Origin: Mizuhopecten yessoensis
Taxonomy: Eukaryota
DNA length: 55,565 nt
Direction of reading: 5' to 3'
NCBI RefSeq assembly: GCF_002113885.1
Contig: NW_018408567.1
Location: 1,067,537-1,123,101, forward strand
Shown: piece by piece, positions 12,660 through 22,836 of the stretch
How the letters are laid out: the number at the start of each line of letters is the position of its first letter
Numbering within the stretch: position 1 is the first letter of the stretch
The notes under the pieces: generated by a model
What the model saw: only the letters and a program-made list of their open reading frames with translations
Told to the model about the DNA's origin: nothing
Databases searched by the model: none
Program-made: the position numbers and the translations under genes

Positions 12660-13281
12660 TCATGATCTTCAGTGAATGATTTCGCCTCTGACAAATCAAA
12701 ATCTTGAGCATTTTTTCTGGTTCGTTCAAATCGGGCCTTCTTTCATCAGGTACAAACTGCAGTAAGTGGATGTTAAACTTTCTCCTTTAATGCAGTCCAC
12801 GTGTAAACTTTTCGGTGTTTGTTCCAAAGGGAAAGGAACACTAGCCGAGCTAGGTACACTTTGGTTTGGTATTTCCCGCAAAAATCTGCAAAAATGTCTT
12901 CGTCTGTCACTAAAACAATGATGTCCTCTGTTGTTTGTAGAAAGCCTTGAAAGTCATTTGACATTTGTTAGCTTAGCTTTTAATTTCCATTTTGTTAAAT
13001 AACAACAAAGTTCATGTTCACATTTTTAAATCATTGTCAAATATTATTTATGATGAGAACCTCTCCCCGTTGCTTTAGCTATTTTTCTCCTTAACAGACA
13101 CGTCTTCAAACTTTGTTACGCTTTCAACAGCTCTCTCTCTCTGTCTTTATAAATATTGAAACCTTTTTATTGCCAAGCAAGCAGTTAGCGCACGTACTCG
13201 GACTCGTAGATCCTCCCCTTTTGAATTAACACTGGATACTACGAAACATCTGCTACGATTTTGACTTGGGCTTTGACATGT
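12660..13281 (-). pseudogene. Decayed TROVE/vWA remnant of gene B
   Basis: Frameshifted fragments match gene A: TDEHVKAQ vs TDEHIQAQ; QNRSRC...RVRVRALTA vs QNRSRY...QVRVRALAA; VLVTDEDIFADFCGKYQTKVYLARLVFLS vs IIVTDEGENVGNFADLFEKYHNEVFPARLVFVS; SEAKSFTED vs SESKSFTEE. About 0.6 kb remains versus about 1.5 kb in gene A, and the MIDAS segment is missing. Confidence 0.85.
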
Positions 13282-14106
13282 TCATCCGTTTAAACGTTCG
13301 CAAAGAAAATGATCAATGTCAAACACGGTTGCATTCGAGTTTTCTCTGCCTTTTTCATGTTTGCAATATGTATTTGTATTGATCCTACTATGTGATGCGA
13401 TCCTTCTATAACGTTTCCTTCCGCGATGCGATCCACTTCTACTACGTTTACTTCTGCAATGCGATCCACTTCTACTGCGTTTACTTCTATGATGCGATCC
13501 ACTTCTACTACGTTTACTTCTGCAATGCGATCCACTTCTACTACGACTCCTTCTATGATGCGATCCACTTCTACTACGACTTCTTTTGCAATGTGACACA
13601 CTTCTATGACGTTTCTTTCCGTGATGCGATCCACTTCTATTACGACTCCTGTTCGGCGATCTACTTCTGCTATGTTTCTTTCTGTGATGCGATCCACTTC
13701 TTTTATGTCCTCTAGGATGTGATCTACTTCTACTACAACTCTTTCTTTGCGTGCTAGTACTAAAACCCATCGCTTGAAACCGATCTAGGGAGAGGCTACC
13801 ATAACGTAGAGTTAATCCTTCCAACGAATGATGTCTAACTGATGAGTCCCTCCCATGCAATACAGATAACTGGCTGTGACTGGATCGAAGCAACGGACAA
13901 CTTCTACTCCTTGAAATGTTCCTTGAACTTTGCCATCGTGATCTAGGCCTCGGAGAACACGATCTGGAACAGGATAGGGGAATTGGGGTCCTACTCCGGC
14001 CTCGAGAATGTGACCGAGAACGTGATCGTTGAGTCGGTGAACTACTCCGCCGTTTTGAGTGCTGATGAGCTCGCCGCCTATACTTCCTTCCGCGTTTCTT
14101 TCCCAT
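13282..14106 (-). CDS. Gene B: truncated paralog of gene A; 274-aa R/S/H-rich protamine-like ORF
   Basis: Collinear with gene A: MGKKRGRKYRRRAHQ vs MGRRRKRNRGRAHQ; ISRSRSCPLL in both; RYGSLSLDRFQAM vs RYGSLSPNRFQMM; NATVFDID vs NATVVDID. A short deletion after NATVFDID shifts the frame to a stop at 13282. Confidence 0.7.
   Translation of the reverse strand: MGKKRGRKYRRRAHQHSKRRSSSPTQRSRSRSHSRGRSRTPIPLSCSRSCSPRPRSRWQSSRNISRSRSCPLLRSSHSQLSVLHGRDSSVRHHSLEGLTLRYGSLSLDRFQAMGFSTSTQRKSCSRSRSHPRGHKRSGSHHRKKHSRSRSPNRSRNRSGSHHGKKRHRSVSHCKRSRSRSGSHHRRSRSRSGSHCRSKRSRSGSHHRSKRSRSGSHCRSKRSRSGSHRGRKRYRRIASHSRINTNTYCKHEKGRENSNATVFDIDHFLCERLNG
13400..13700. repeat. 30-bp coding repeat in gene B (RSRSGSHHRS-like)
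   Basis: The motif gatgcgatccacttctactacg recurs with 30/33-bp spacing. Confidence 0.85.
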
Positions 14107-15262
14107 GCTTACTACTCAAGTACGATTGTGTTAAATACAAATGTTTTGTTTATGGTTTAGGAAATATTCAAGCAACCTTTATAATCTTGATAACAGGCAC
14201 GGCAATTGATAATGTTCATGAAGATATGTTGTAATCATAGGAGTGTTCAACAAACGTTCATGCACGAAGCCACATCAGCTGAATTCACAACATATGCAAT
14301 TTCAGGTGTCTAAATATATTTATAACGTCCAGAATCTGGTCGGTATACTATCATAATTTGTAGTCAAAGATATTATGAGGATATCCTTCCTGAAAGTTTG
14401 ACCGGAATTCCGTAACACATCCACCAATCCTGATGTACATTCTATAATTAAAACATTTTGTCAAACATCAAAATAAATATGATTGCTTAGGGGAAAATTC
14501 AATACCCCATCCAGTATCCTGCAATAGCGTGAAAACCACACATGTGTGATAAACAGAAAATCATGTCCAGGATTTAACAGTCCACGATAGTTATAAGATT
14601 ACATTATAATGTTACTCCAACATCTCCGTGAAATAGTTGAAATATGTTGCTACGTCCATGAGTTTCTTTCCCGTACATTAACGTACACCGTAATTACAAT
14701 CGTTTAACTGACGTGCTAAGATTACCGACCGTATATATACTAACACTGAAGAAGAACGTATGATATACGTTTAGAAAACGTAGTCTGGTCGTATCTATAT
14801 CAAGTAACGACGTGTGCTGTACGTTTGCCAAACGATACATATATTGACCTATACATACTTAGTCCCATGCTATTATTAGCATATATTCACTCTTATCAAT
14901 GAAAGATGAACGTAATATACACACACAGGGGACTGCACATTTAAAATGTGTTAAAAGATACAGTTTACAAAAAATAAATTTCACTATATCATAAAGCTGT
15001 TTCGTCCTTCCAGAAGTCATAGAAAATCATGTGGGGCCAGAAGTTGAAAATCTAAATTTTGTGAACAACTATTGAAACAGATGGTCAGGTGCGTAAAATC
15101 CCTTACTTAATTAATTAATATAATTTTTTTATTTAATTTTCAATGTATATTAATATATAGACAATAATTTCTCAATACAATTGATGCATCGACCATGATA
15201 GAATATATTTCTTTTTAACAACTGATATTGGTACTTATTGGCGATGTAGTATCACATATCTT

Positions 15263-15500
15263 ATAATGTGACCGGGTGGGGTGTCCTGCATGGTGTCTTC
15301 GGCGGTATGTTTCAGTGAGGTAGCACTATAAAGTCGGCATCAGTTCCGCGTTATCACAAGGAGACAAACACGAACATATCGCAGCCTCCCAAAACACACA
15401 CGCATACACTACACGCATGCATCTTGCACACAGGGGAGGTCGTCCTTAAATGACCATAGCTGTTGATAGGACGTTAAACAATACTAAACCAAACCAAACC
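15263..15500 (+). mobile_element. 5'-truncated SINE with Meta-domain-like core
   Basis: Core aatgtgaccgggtggggtgtc...ttcagtgaggtagcactataaa and the same 3' tail as the V-SINEs (ccttaaatgaccatagctgttgataggacgttaaac...aaaccaaacc). Confidence 0.7.
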
Positions 15501-15905
15501 AGATATTTGTTCATATATTTGCATATAACATTTAATAAGAGGTTTGTTTAAAGTTTTTTTTTCCCACGGAATATATTTACTAATATTGTACAATGATTTG
15601 CTGTTTTCACTTTAATGAAAAAATATGTTTTAGGTTTATCTATTAAAACATGTTATGATTTAAAAAAAAATAATGTATTCAAAAGAGTAATGTAAAATTC
15701 TAAAGAAATGAAGAATCAGCTTTAACGGTTCTATTTGGTCGAAATATTTGTGTAACCTTTACAGTTTAAGTGAAATATTAGTTAATGAGCTATTCTGCTG
15801 CATCCAAAAATTGTTAATTTGTAACTATTAGACAGTGATTTAAGTGCACCACTTTCCCCTTTTGCTACTTACAAATTATTTTTCGGAACCATTCAGTTGT
15901 GGTTT

Positions 15906-15996
15906 TTAACCCTTTCACTACTGTAGACCATAATGGACTCATCCAGATCAATGCATGGTAGAGTCGACTAAAGCTGGATAAGGGTGAAAGGTTTAA
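15906..15996. mobile_element. ~90-bp TTAA-flanked MITE; partial inverted copy at 30421-30485
   Basis: ttaaccctttcac...gtgaaaggtttaa; its reverse complement matches ccatgcatcgatatggacgagtccattatggtctacagtggtgaaacggttaa. Confidence 0.7.
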
Positions 15997-16744
15997 ATTT
16001 TTTTTTTTTATCCTTGGTACACCCACGAATTGTAAACCTACGAAATAGTCATACGGTGCAGTAAACCTCTTTCTTTAGTTTGGGTTTTTGCATCGAGTTT
16101 CTGAAGTTTTAAATAGGTATTCCCTGACTTAGTTTTTCTATTATTCACTTCTGAAACAATTCAACAGAGATGTTTGTGTATTGCCAATAAACACTGTTTA
16201 GAATGCATAAAGTTAATATTCAAACTTAAAAGCTTCACTTCTAAATCAGTTATTTTGTAGTGATAAAAGTTCTTTTAAAATGTCCTTCAATTATTATTTA
16301 GATCGTTTGAATTTTGTTCAACTGTTTTATTTCTTTTTAGATCTATCGTTTACATGTTGAAGTATTGCATATTTTTGTTACCTTCTAGGGCTAATAATAA
16401 ATACAGATACAAAATAAGAAGCTCATATATAAAACCTTCGCTTTTTCAAAGCAAGAAAAGAAAATCTTTACTGTAACGTTAAGCGATTTAGTTCGTAAAA
16501 AGTATGAAATACCAACACGTTTGACAACAAATGCAAAGTTATTTAAATGCATTATGGGACATATAAGCCTCATTTTAACTTCTTATACCAATACTCTTTA
16601 CATCTGCATAGTTCAATTACATGAGCACAATCACAAAAAGACTAAGGTGGGCTACTCTTTAAGATCGCTTTGGGAAACCAAAATTGAGAAGATGGAAAGA
16701 CTGACAAATCAGAAAGACTTGGCAAACGACTTTTAAAAATGGTA

Positions 16745-17370
16745 GTAATAGTATTTTTACAATTGTGTATGGTAACCAGTGCCAGATCTGGTACTATGGT
16801 TAAAGACATACATTTCCTACACAACGTTACTTTGATGCGCCACATACGGTGCTTATCAGTGGAAAGAAATTGTACTGACGTCGGCCCAACGTGACATTGA
16901 TACACCACATTCGGTGCTTGTTAGTGGAAATAAGATCTACTGACGTCGGCCCAGCGTGACATTGATACACTACATACGGTGCTTGACATTAGACAATTGC
17001 AATACCGACGTTGGTAGTACATGTAATAGCATTTTGACAATTATTTATGGTAACCAGTGCCAGATCTGGTACTATTTTTAAAGACATATATTTCCTACAC
17101 AAAAATGTTACCCATTTCACCCCCCNTACGGTGCTTGTCAGTGGAAATAAGATGTACTGACGTCGACCCAACTTGACATTGATACACCACATGCGGTGAT
17201 TGTCAGTGGAAATAAGATGTACTGACGCCGGCCCAACGTGACATTGATACACCACATACGGTGCTTGTCAGTGGAAATAAGATGTACTGACGTCGGCACA
17301 ACGTGACATTGATACACCACATACGGTGCTTGACATTGGACAAATAAAGTACCGACGTTGGTCCAACGTT
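16745..17370. repeat. 65-bp minisatellite inside a duplicated block
   Basis: cggtgcttgtcagtggaaataagatgtactgacgtcggcccaacgtgacattgatacaccacat-type units at 16847, 16912, 16977 and 17129, 17194, 17259, 17324; the leader ggtaaccagtgccagatctggtactat occurs twice. Confidence 0.9.
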
Positions 17371-18401
17371 CATTTCCATACATACGTAGAACTAGTCGTA
17401 TGTTTCTGTTGTCGTTATCGGGCCATAATTTGATCAATGTCTTTTTGCTCGTTTGAGGCCGCTGCCAGAATAATGTAACTTGCTAAATTGTCATGCTACC
17501 GTAATTGGTATTAACATTCTGGTGTTTCAGTGAAATACACTTAAAGATGGCCTTTAAGTGGTTTCATCACCTGTGGAAGCCTTTGTGGCAATTTTGAGGA
17601 CGGCAAACTCTCAACCAAAAAAATAATAAACCCGTGTCTTTTTTATTTCATCTAAAATATGCCTACGGGAATATTCTTTCAGTTTAATATCTAGCTATAC
17701 ACTACGACTACTTGTAAGTTTAGTAAATCATATTTACAAAGATGAAGAAAGGGAAAAACTGACTTTAATGCGAATACTTTCGAACCCAAAACCGAAAAGA
17801 AAAAAAAAATCCTCCGAAAAAAGTCCATCATTTTGTTAATGATTGAAGTGCAGTTTTGTTACATTATAGTTATGAATGTTTATCAAGATATAATTGAACC
17901 TTGATCCAGTGACTGTTTCTTCTTTTACTGACGATTGAGCAACTTAATTGTATTTTGGAAAAATTTCAACCTTGTGAAGATAACGAGTTCCGAGGAGACA
18001 CATAAACAAAACACAATCGAATGCACAGTAGTTTACTATATTTACCTTGTGATCATCGTTTTATTGTTTAGTTAATTGTGTACTTACAAGAGTATTTTGC
18101 TTTGCGAAAACCGTGGACAGTACAAAACAATTTCTTCCGATGTTTCGATTTTACACAACTTTATTGAATGGGTCATATTTTCGAAATGATTTATGGAAAC
18201 CTCAGTTCACAAAAGTGACCTTTTCTGTCATTTAAAAAAATAATATACATCTTTTTATTTAGTTTTATTCTGATGAGTTTCTTTTCATTTAAATTTGAAA
18301 ATGATTCCCCGTTTCGTTTACCAATAACCAAGTATCAAGTTAATTGATGTATAATACATTGTAGGAACATAATTAGTAGTATAAAACTCGGACTTTTTAC
18401 T

Positions 18402-18561
18402 TAAGGAATGATTTTTATTTTTTCAACATTTATGAGGTCATAACAACAATGGGTTTATGGACATATTGAATGAATCGCGTTAGCGATTCATGTAAAATAT
18501 GTCCAAAAACCCATTGTTGTTATGACCTCATAAATGTTGAAAAAATAAATATCATTCCTTA
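18402..18561. mobile_element. Near-perfect fold-back MITE
   Basis: Arms aaggaatga...caacatttatgaggtcataacaacaatgggtt and aacccattgttgttatgacctcataaatgttg...tcattcctt, with an inner hairpin tgaatcgc/gcgattca. Confidence 0.8.
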
Positions 18562-20397
18562 TATTTACATTGACGAATCCTTTCAGTGGATCGATATAAC
18601 AACGAATAAAACAAATAAACAGGGTTTGTTCCTGCTTATACACGGGTGCAACGCAGTGGCGAGAACAGTGTTTTTTCGCGGGGAAATGTGACACTATCGT
18701 GAGAGATCTTAGCAACCGTCAACAACAATAACACAACAAAATGTAGTTCCATATTCAATGTTTATTTGTAGCACAGGACACGTGAATACGTGGATATTTC
18801 ACAAAGCACAGTTCAATAATATTTTAAGATGTAAGAATTAAGCATCTAGGTCGGTCGTTCCGAGTGAGTAGTTTTTGTAGTGTATTACTACGCAGTGTGA
18901 TCAGGTTACTATCAGTTCCCACGTGCTGAGATTCTATGAACGCCTGTGTTATGCATTTATGAATGTAATTTTTGTCAATGGGTCTAAGCATATAGAATGT
19001 AAATATTTATAAAACAAACAACATCGGAAAACGTTTTTACATAAAAAAAAACCCAACGTGTTTCGTGTATCGCCAATCAAACTTAGTATGCACATTGTTC
19101 TATATCATCACACCTTTGATTACATAAGAACATTTTCCCTTTCTATTCTAATCTTTTGCAACATGTCATCGTTGGAAATTTACGTTCGATATCGATAAAC
19201 GCTAGTACAATCGAACGTGAGTTTCCGACGATGGCCAGGCAACATGCAGGTTTGATGGATCGTTCTCTTTAAAGATTAACATTTGGTTTATTTTGATGTC
19301 TCATGAATATGATATTATCACCGTCATTTGATGCATGGGTATCTGTCATCAATGTTCCGTGTTGTTTGTGTTGTATCAATATTTACATCTTTTGTTTAAG
19401 TATCTTATATTCATGTCTTCTCTTCTTCCTTCGTCCGAATTCAGTATTTTTTAACAATATGAAAAGGGTTGAAAGTTTTATAATAAAATATCCCATTCTT
19501 ATATTGCAAATACTTTATGGCAACCACACGTGATACAGAAAACTGCCCCATTGTGAAGCATATCATCTCCGATATCAGATGTTTACGATATTCTTTCCAT
19601 TGTTCTATGGTTTTTTGTTGTTGTTATTACTTTAGTAAACAGTACATTCTTTTTCTACTTCTTTTTGTTTGATTGTTTTTGGGTTTTTTTCTTCTTCTTT
19701 AGTTGTTTGTTTTTGTTCTTTAATGTTTTTTAGTTCGAAACGCTCTTTTCTATCGTGATATATTTGTTTTGTGACGATAGTAAACTAAAAATTTGCGAAG
19801 ATATTTAAATAATTTTATGCATGTTTACGTTTTATTGAGCTTTTTTCGAATTCAAATCCTCGCAATAAAGGGATTTTTTTGTAAAAATTGCTCAAAATTG
19901 AATGATTAACAGTAATATGAATCTACTGTTTATCTGGAAATAATTTTGAGGTTCAACTCTATCTATTTCAAGATTAAGTTGGCAGACGAATAACTATCAT
20001 AAGTTGGCCTGTTGTTCAAAGGAAACTAAGTATATGGTTCAATGCGAAATCAGTGATGTACGGTTCTACAATCAGTATTGATACTTGAAAAACATTAATT
20101 CTCACTAGAACAGAATATTTACATTTTCATTGATTTATTACAACAATACAGAGGTTCAACAGCCAAACAATTAATTCACATTGCTTTGTTATGTATACAT
20201 GCAATTAGCGATTATAGTATGAATAGTTTGATTATAAGTTCACGACCTAGCTTTTAACAGCTATTAAGTATAATATGTATATAACTAAAAGCAAACAAAA
20301 TAAAGATAAAAATACGACGACGACGACATTTTAAATCATCACGAATTTTACCATGTTATTGATCACATATTTAGTTCAAGCAGACATGGTTGGTATG

Positions 20398-22836
20398 TCA
20401 CTGACTGATAACGTCTGCGATGTGGTAACGGCAACCGTTTCGGTTCCAAGTAACATCAACTTCCACCACATCGCCACCTGACGTACGCTTACGTCTCTCC
20501 GTCCTTTTACTTATACATCGACATCGTTCAGGTGAGCTACTGCAACTACTTGAAAGAGACGACATACTACTTCTCCAAGGTGATGTGCTGCAAGTTCGAC
20601 AGTTCGACCTACTCCTTCTTCGACACCGTCGCCAAGGAGATAAACTGCAACTCCTTCGAGTGTATGAACTACCCCTACTTCGACGCCGTCGCCAAGGTGA
20701 TATGCTGCAGCTTCTTCGAATATGCGACGTACTCCTACTTCGGCGCCGTCGCCAAGGTGATGTGCTGTAACTCCTTCGATCATTCGACCAGCTCCTATTT
20801 TGATCTCGTCGCCAAGGTGACAAACTGCAACTCCTTCGAATATACGACCTACTCCTACTTCGGCATTGTCGCCAGCGTGATGTTCTGAAGCTCATTCTAT
20901 CATTCGATCCACTCCTACTTCGAGAACGTCGACAAGGTGATTTACTATAACTCCGTCGACGAGGAGATCTGCTTATGCTACGATCCCTGTACCAAGAATA
21001 ATATCTACTCCTTCGCTGGAGTGGAAACCTTGAAATCCCCCACCGGGGATATATATTTCTGTAGCAACCTCTATTGCGGAAGCGTGTTAGCCGTGACCTG
21101 TTTGTACCGCTACATCTTCGCCCAGGTGATCTAGTCCTGCTGCGTCTACTGCTAGTACTGCGACTCCTTAGCAAATGACGTTTTCTACTTGTACTCCGAC
21201 GCCATCGCTGTGGCGGTTTACTAAGACTGCGACTCCTTCGCCGTGGTGATTTACTATTACTGCGACTCCTTCGCCCTGGTGCGTTACTAATACTGCGACT
21301 CCTTCGCCCTGGTGAGTTACTAGGACTGCGACTCCTTCGCCCTGGTGAGTTACTAATACTGCGGCTCCTTCGCCGTGGTGAGTTACTATTCCTGCGACTC
21401 CTTCGCCCTGGTGAGTCACTAATACTGCGACTCCTTCGCCCTGGTGAGTTACTAGGACTGCGACTCCTTCGCCCTGGTGAGTTACTAGTGCTGCGACTCC
21501 TTCGCCCTGGTGAGTTCCTATTACTGCGACTCCTTCGCCCTGGTGAGTTACTAATACTGCGGCTCCTTCGCCGTGGTGAGTTACTATTCCTGCGACTCCT
21601 TCGCCCTGGTGAGTTACTAAGGCTGCGACTCCTTCGCCCTGGTGAGTTCCTATTACTGCGACTCCTTCGCCCTGGTGAGTTACTATGACTGCGACTCCTT
21701 CGCCCTGGTGAGTTACTAATACTGCGGCTCCTTCGCCGTGGTGAGTTACTATTCCTGCGACTCCTTCGCCCTGGTGAGTTACTAATACTGCGGCTCCTTC
21801 GCCGTGGTGAGTTACTATTACTGCGACTCCTTCGCCTTGGTGATTTACTATTACTGCGACTCCTTCGCCGTGGAGAGTTACTAAGACTGCGACTCCTTCG
21901 CCCTGGCGAGTTACTAAGACTGCGACTCCTTCGCCCTGCTGAGTTACTAAGACTGCGACTCCTTCGCCGTGGGGATTTACTATTACTGCGACTCCTTCGC
22001 CGTGGCGAGTTACTAAGACTGCGACTCCTTCGCCCTGCTGAGTTACTAAGACTGCGACTCCTTCGCCGTGGCGAGTTACTAAGACTGCGACTCCTTCGCC
22101 GTGGGGAGTTACTAAGACTGCGACTCCTTCGCCGTGGGGAGTTACTATTACTGCGACTCCTTCGCCGTGGTGATTTACTAAGACTGCGACTCCTTCGCCC
22201 TGGTGATTTACTAATACTGCGACTCCTTCGCCCTGGTGAGTTACTAGTGCTGCGACTCCTTCGCCGTGGTGATTTACTAGTGCTGCGACTCCTTCGCCAT
22301 GGTGAGTTACTATTACTGCGACTCCTTCGCCCTGGTGCGTTACTAATACTGCGACTCCTTCGCCCTGGTGAGTTACTAATACTGCGACTCCTTCGCCCTG
22401 GTGAGTTACTAATACTGCGGCTCCTTCGCCGTGGTGAGTTACTATTCCTGCGACTCCTTCGCCCTGGTGAGTCACTAATACTGCGACTCCTTCGCCCTGG
22501 TGAGTTACTATGACTGCGACTCCTTCGCCGTGGTGAGTTACTATTCCTGCGACTCCTTCGCCCTGGTGAGTTACTAAGACTGCGACTCCTTCGCCCTGGT
22601 GAGTTACTAGTGCTGCGACTCCTTTGCCGTGGGGTTATATTAGTACTGCGATGGCATCGCTGTGGCGGTTTACTCAGACTGCGACTCCTTCGCCGCGGTG
22701 AATTACTAGAACTGCGACTCCTTCGCCGTGGTGATTTACTAGAACTGCGACTCCTTCGCCCTGGCGATTCACCAGCACAGAGACTCCTCCGCCTTGGTGA
22801 TTTACTGGCACTGTGATACCTTTCCACAGACATCAT
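20398..22836 (-). CDS. Gene C: 812-aa protamine-like/RS-repeat protein with no globular domain
   Basis: ATG-to-TGA ORF made of about 54 decapeptide repeats (RRSRS[ILN]SNSP[GR]) followed by Cys/Trp/Tyr-containing 20-aa repeats (e.g. RSRSYIRRSCSLSPWRR). The frame stays open across the repeats and their unique flanks. Confidence 0.75.
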   Translation of the reverse strand: MMSVERYHSASKSPRRRSLCAGESPGRRSRSSSKSPRRRSRSSSNSPRRRSRSLSKPPQRCHRSTNITPRQRSRSTSNSPGRRSRSLSNSPGRRSRRNSNSPRRRSRSHSNSPGRRSRSISDSPGRRSRRNSNSPRRRSRSISNSPGRRSRSISNSPGRRSRSISNAPGRRSRSNSNSPWRRSRSTSKSPRRRSRSTSNSPGRRSRSISKSPGRRSRSLSKSPRRRSRSNSNSPRRRSRSLSNSPRRRSRSLSNSPRRRSRSLSNSAGRRSRSLSNSPRRRSRSNSKSPRRRSRSLSNSAGRRSRSLSNSPGRRSRSLSNSPRRRSRSNSKSPRRRSRSNSNSPRRRSRSISNSPGRRSRRNSNSPRRRSRSISNSPGRRSRSHSNSPGRRSRSNRNSPGRRSRSLSNSPGRRSRRNSNSPRRRSRSISNSPGRRSRSNRNSPGRRSRSTSNSPGRRSRSPSNSPGRRSRSISDSPGRRSRRNSNSPRRRSRSISNSPGRRSRSPSNSPGRRSRSISNAPGRRSRSNSKSPRRRSRSLSKPPQRWRRSTSRKRHLLRSRSTSSRRSRTRSPGRRCSGTNRSRLTRFRNRGCYRNIYPRWGISRFPLQRRSRYYSWYRDRSISRSPRRRSYSKSPCRRSRSRSGSNDRMSFRTSRWRQCRSRSRSYIRRSCSLSPWRRDQNRSWSNDRRSYSTSPWRRRRSRSTSHIRRSCSISPWRRRRSRGSSYTRRSCSLSPWRRCRRRSRSNCRTCSTSPWRSSMSSLSSSCSSSPERCRCISKRTERRKRTSGGDVVEVDVTWNRNGCRYHIADVISQ
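20565..20960. repeat. 60-bp coding tandem repeat in the 3' part of gene C
   Basis: The motif gtcgccaaggtga and its variants recur every 60 bp (near 20628, 20688, 20748, 20808, 20868, 20928). Confidence 0.9.
21190..22810. repeat. 30-bp coding tandem repeat inside gene C
   Basis: Unit ctgcgactccttcgccctggtgagttactaata-type with a strict 30-bp period and substitutions only, no visible indels. Confidence 0.95.

Noticed and set aside
21488-22816. Plus-strand LRLLRPGE repeat ORFs
   Set aside because: Antisense shadows of the 30-bp repeat, broken by stops.
3761-22836. Calling the RS genes transformer, SRRM or histone H1-like PL-I
   Set aside because: No RRM, PWI, cwf21, recognisable Tra motif or H1 winged helix; the similarity is compositional only.
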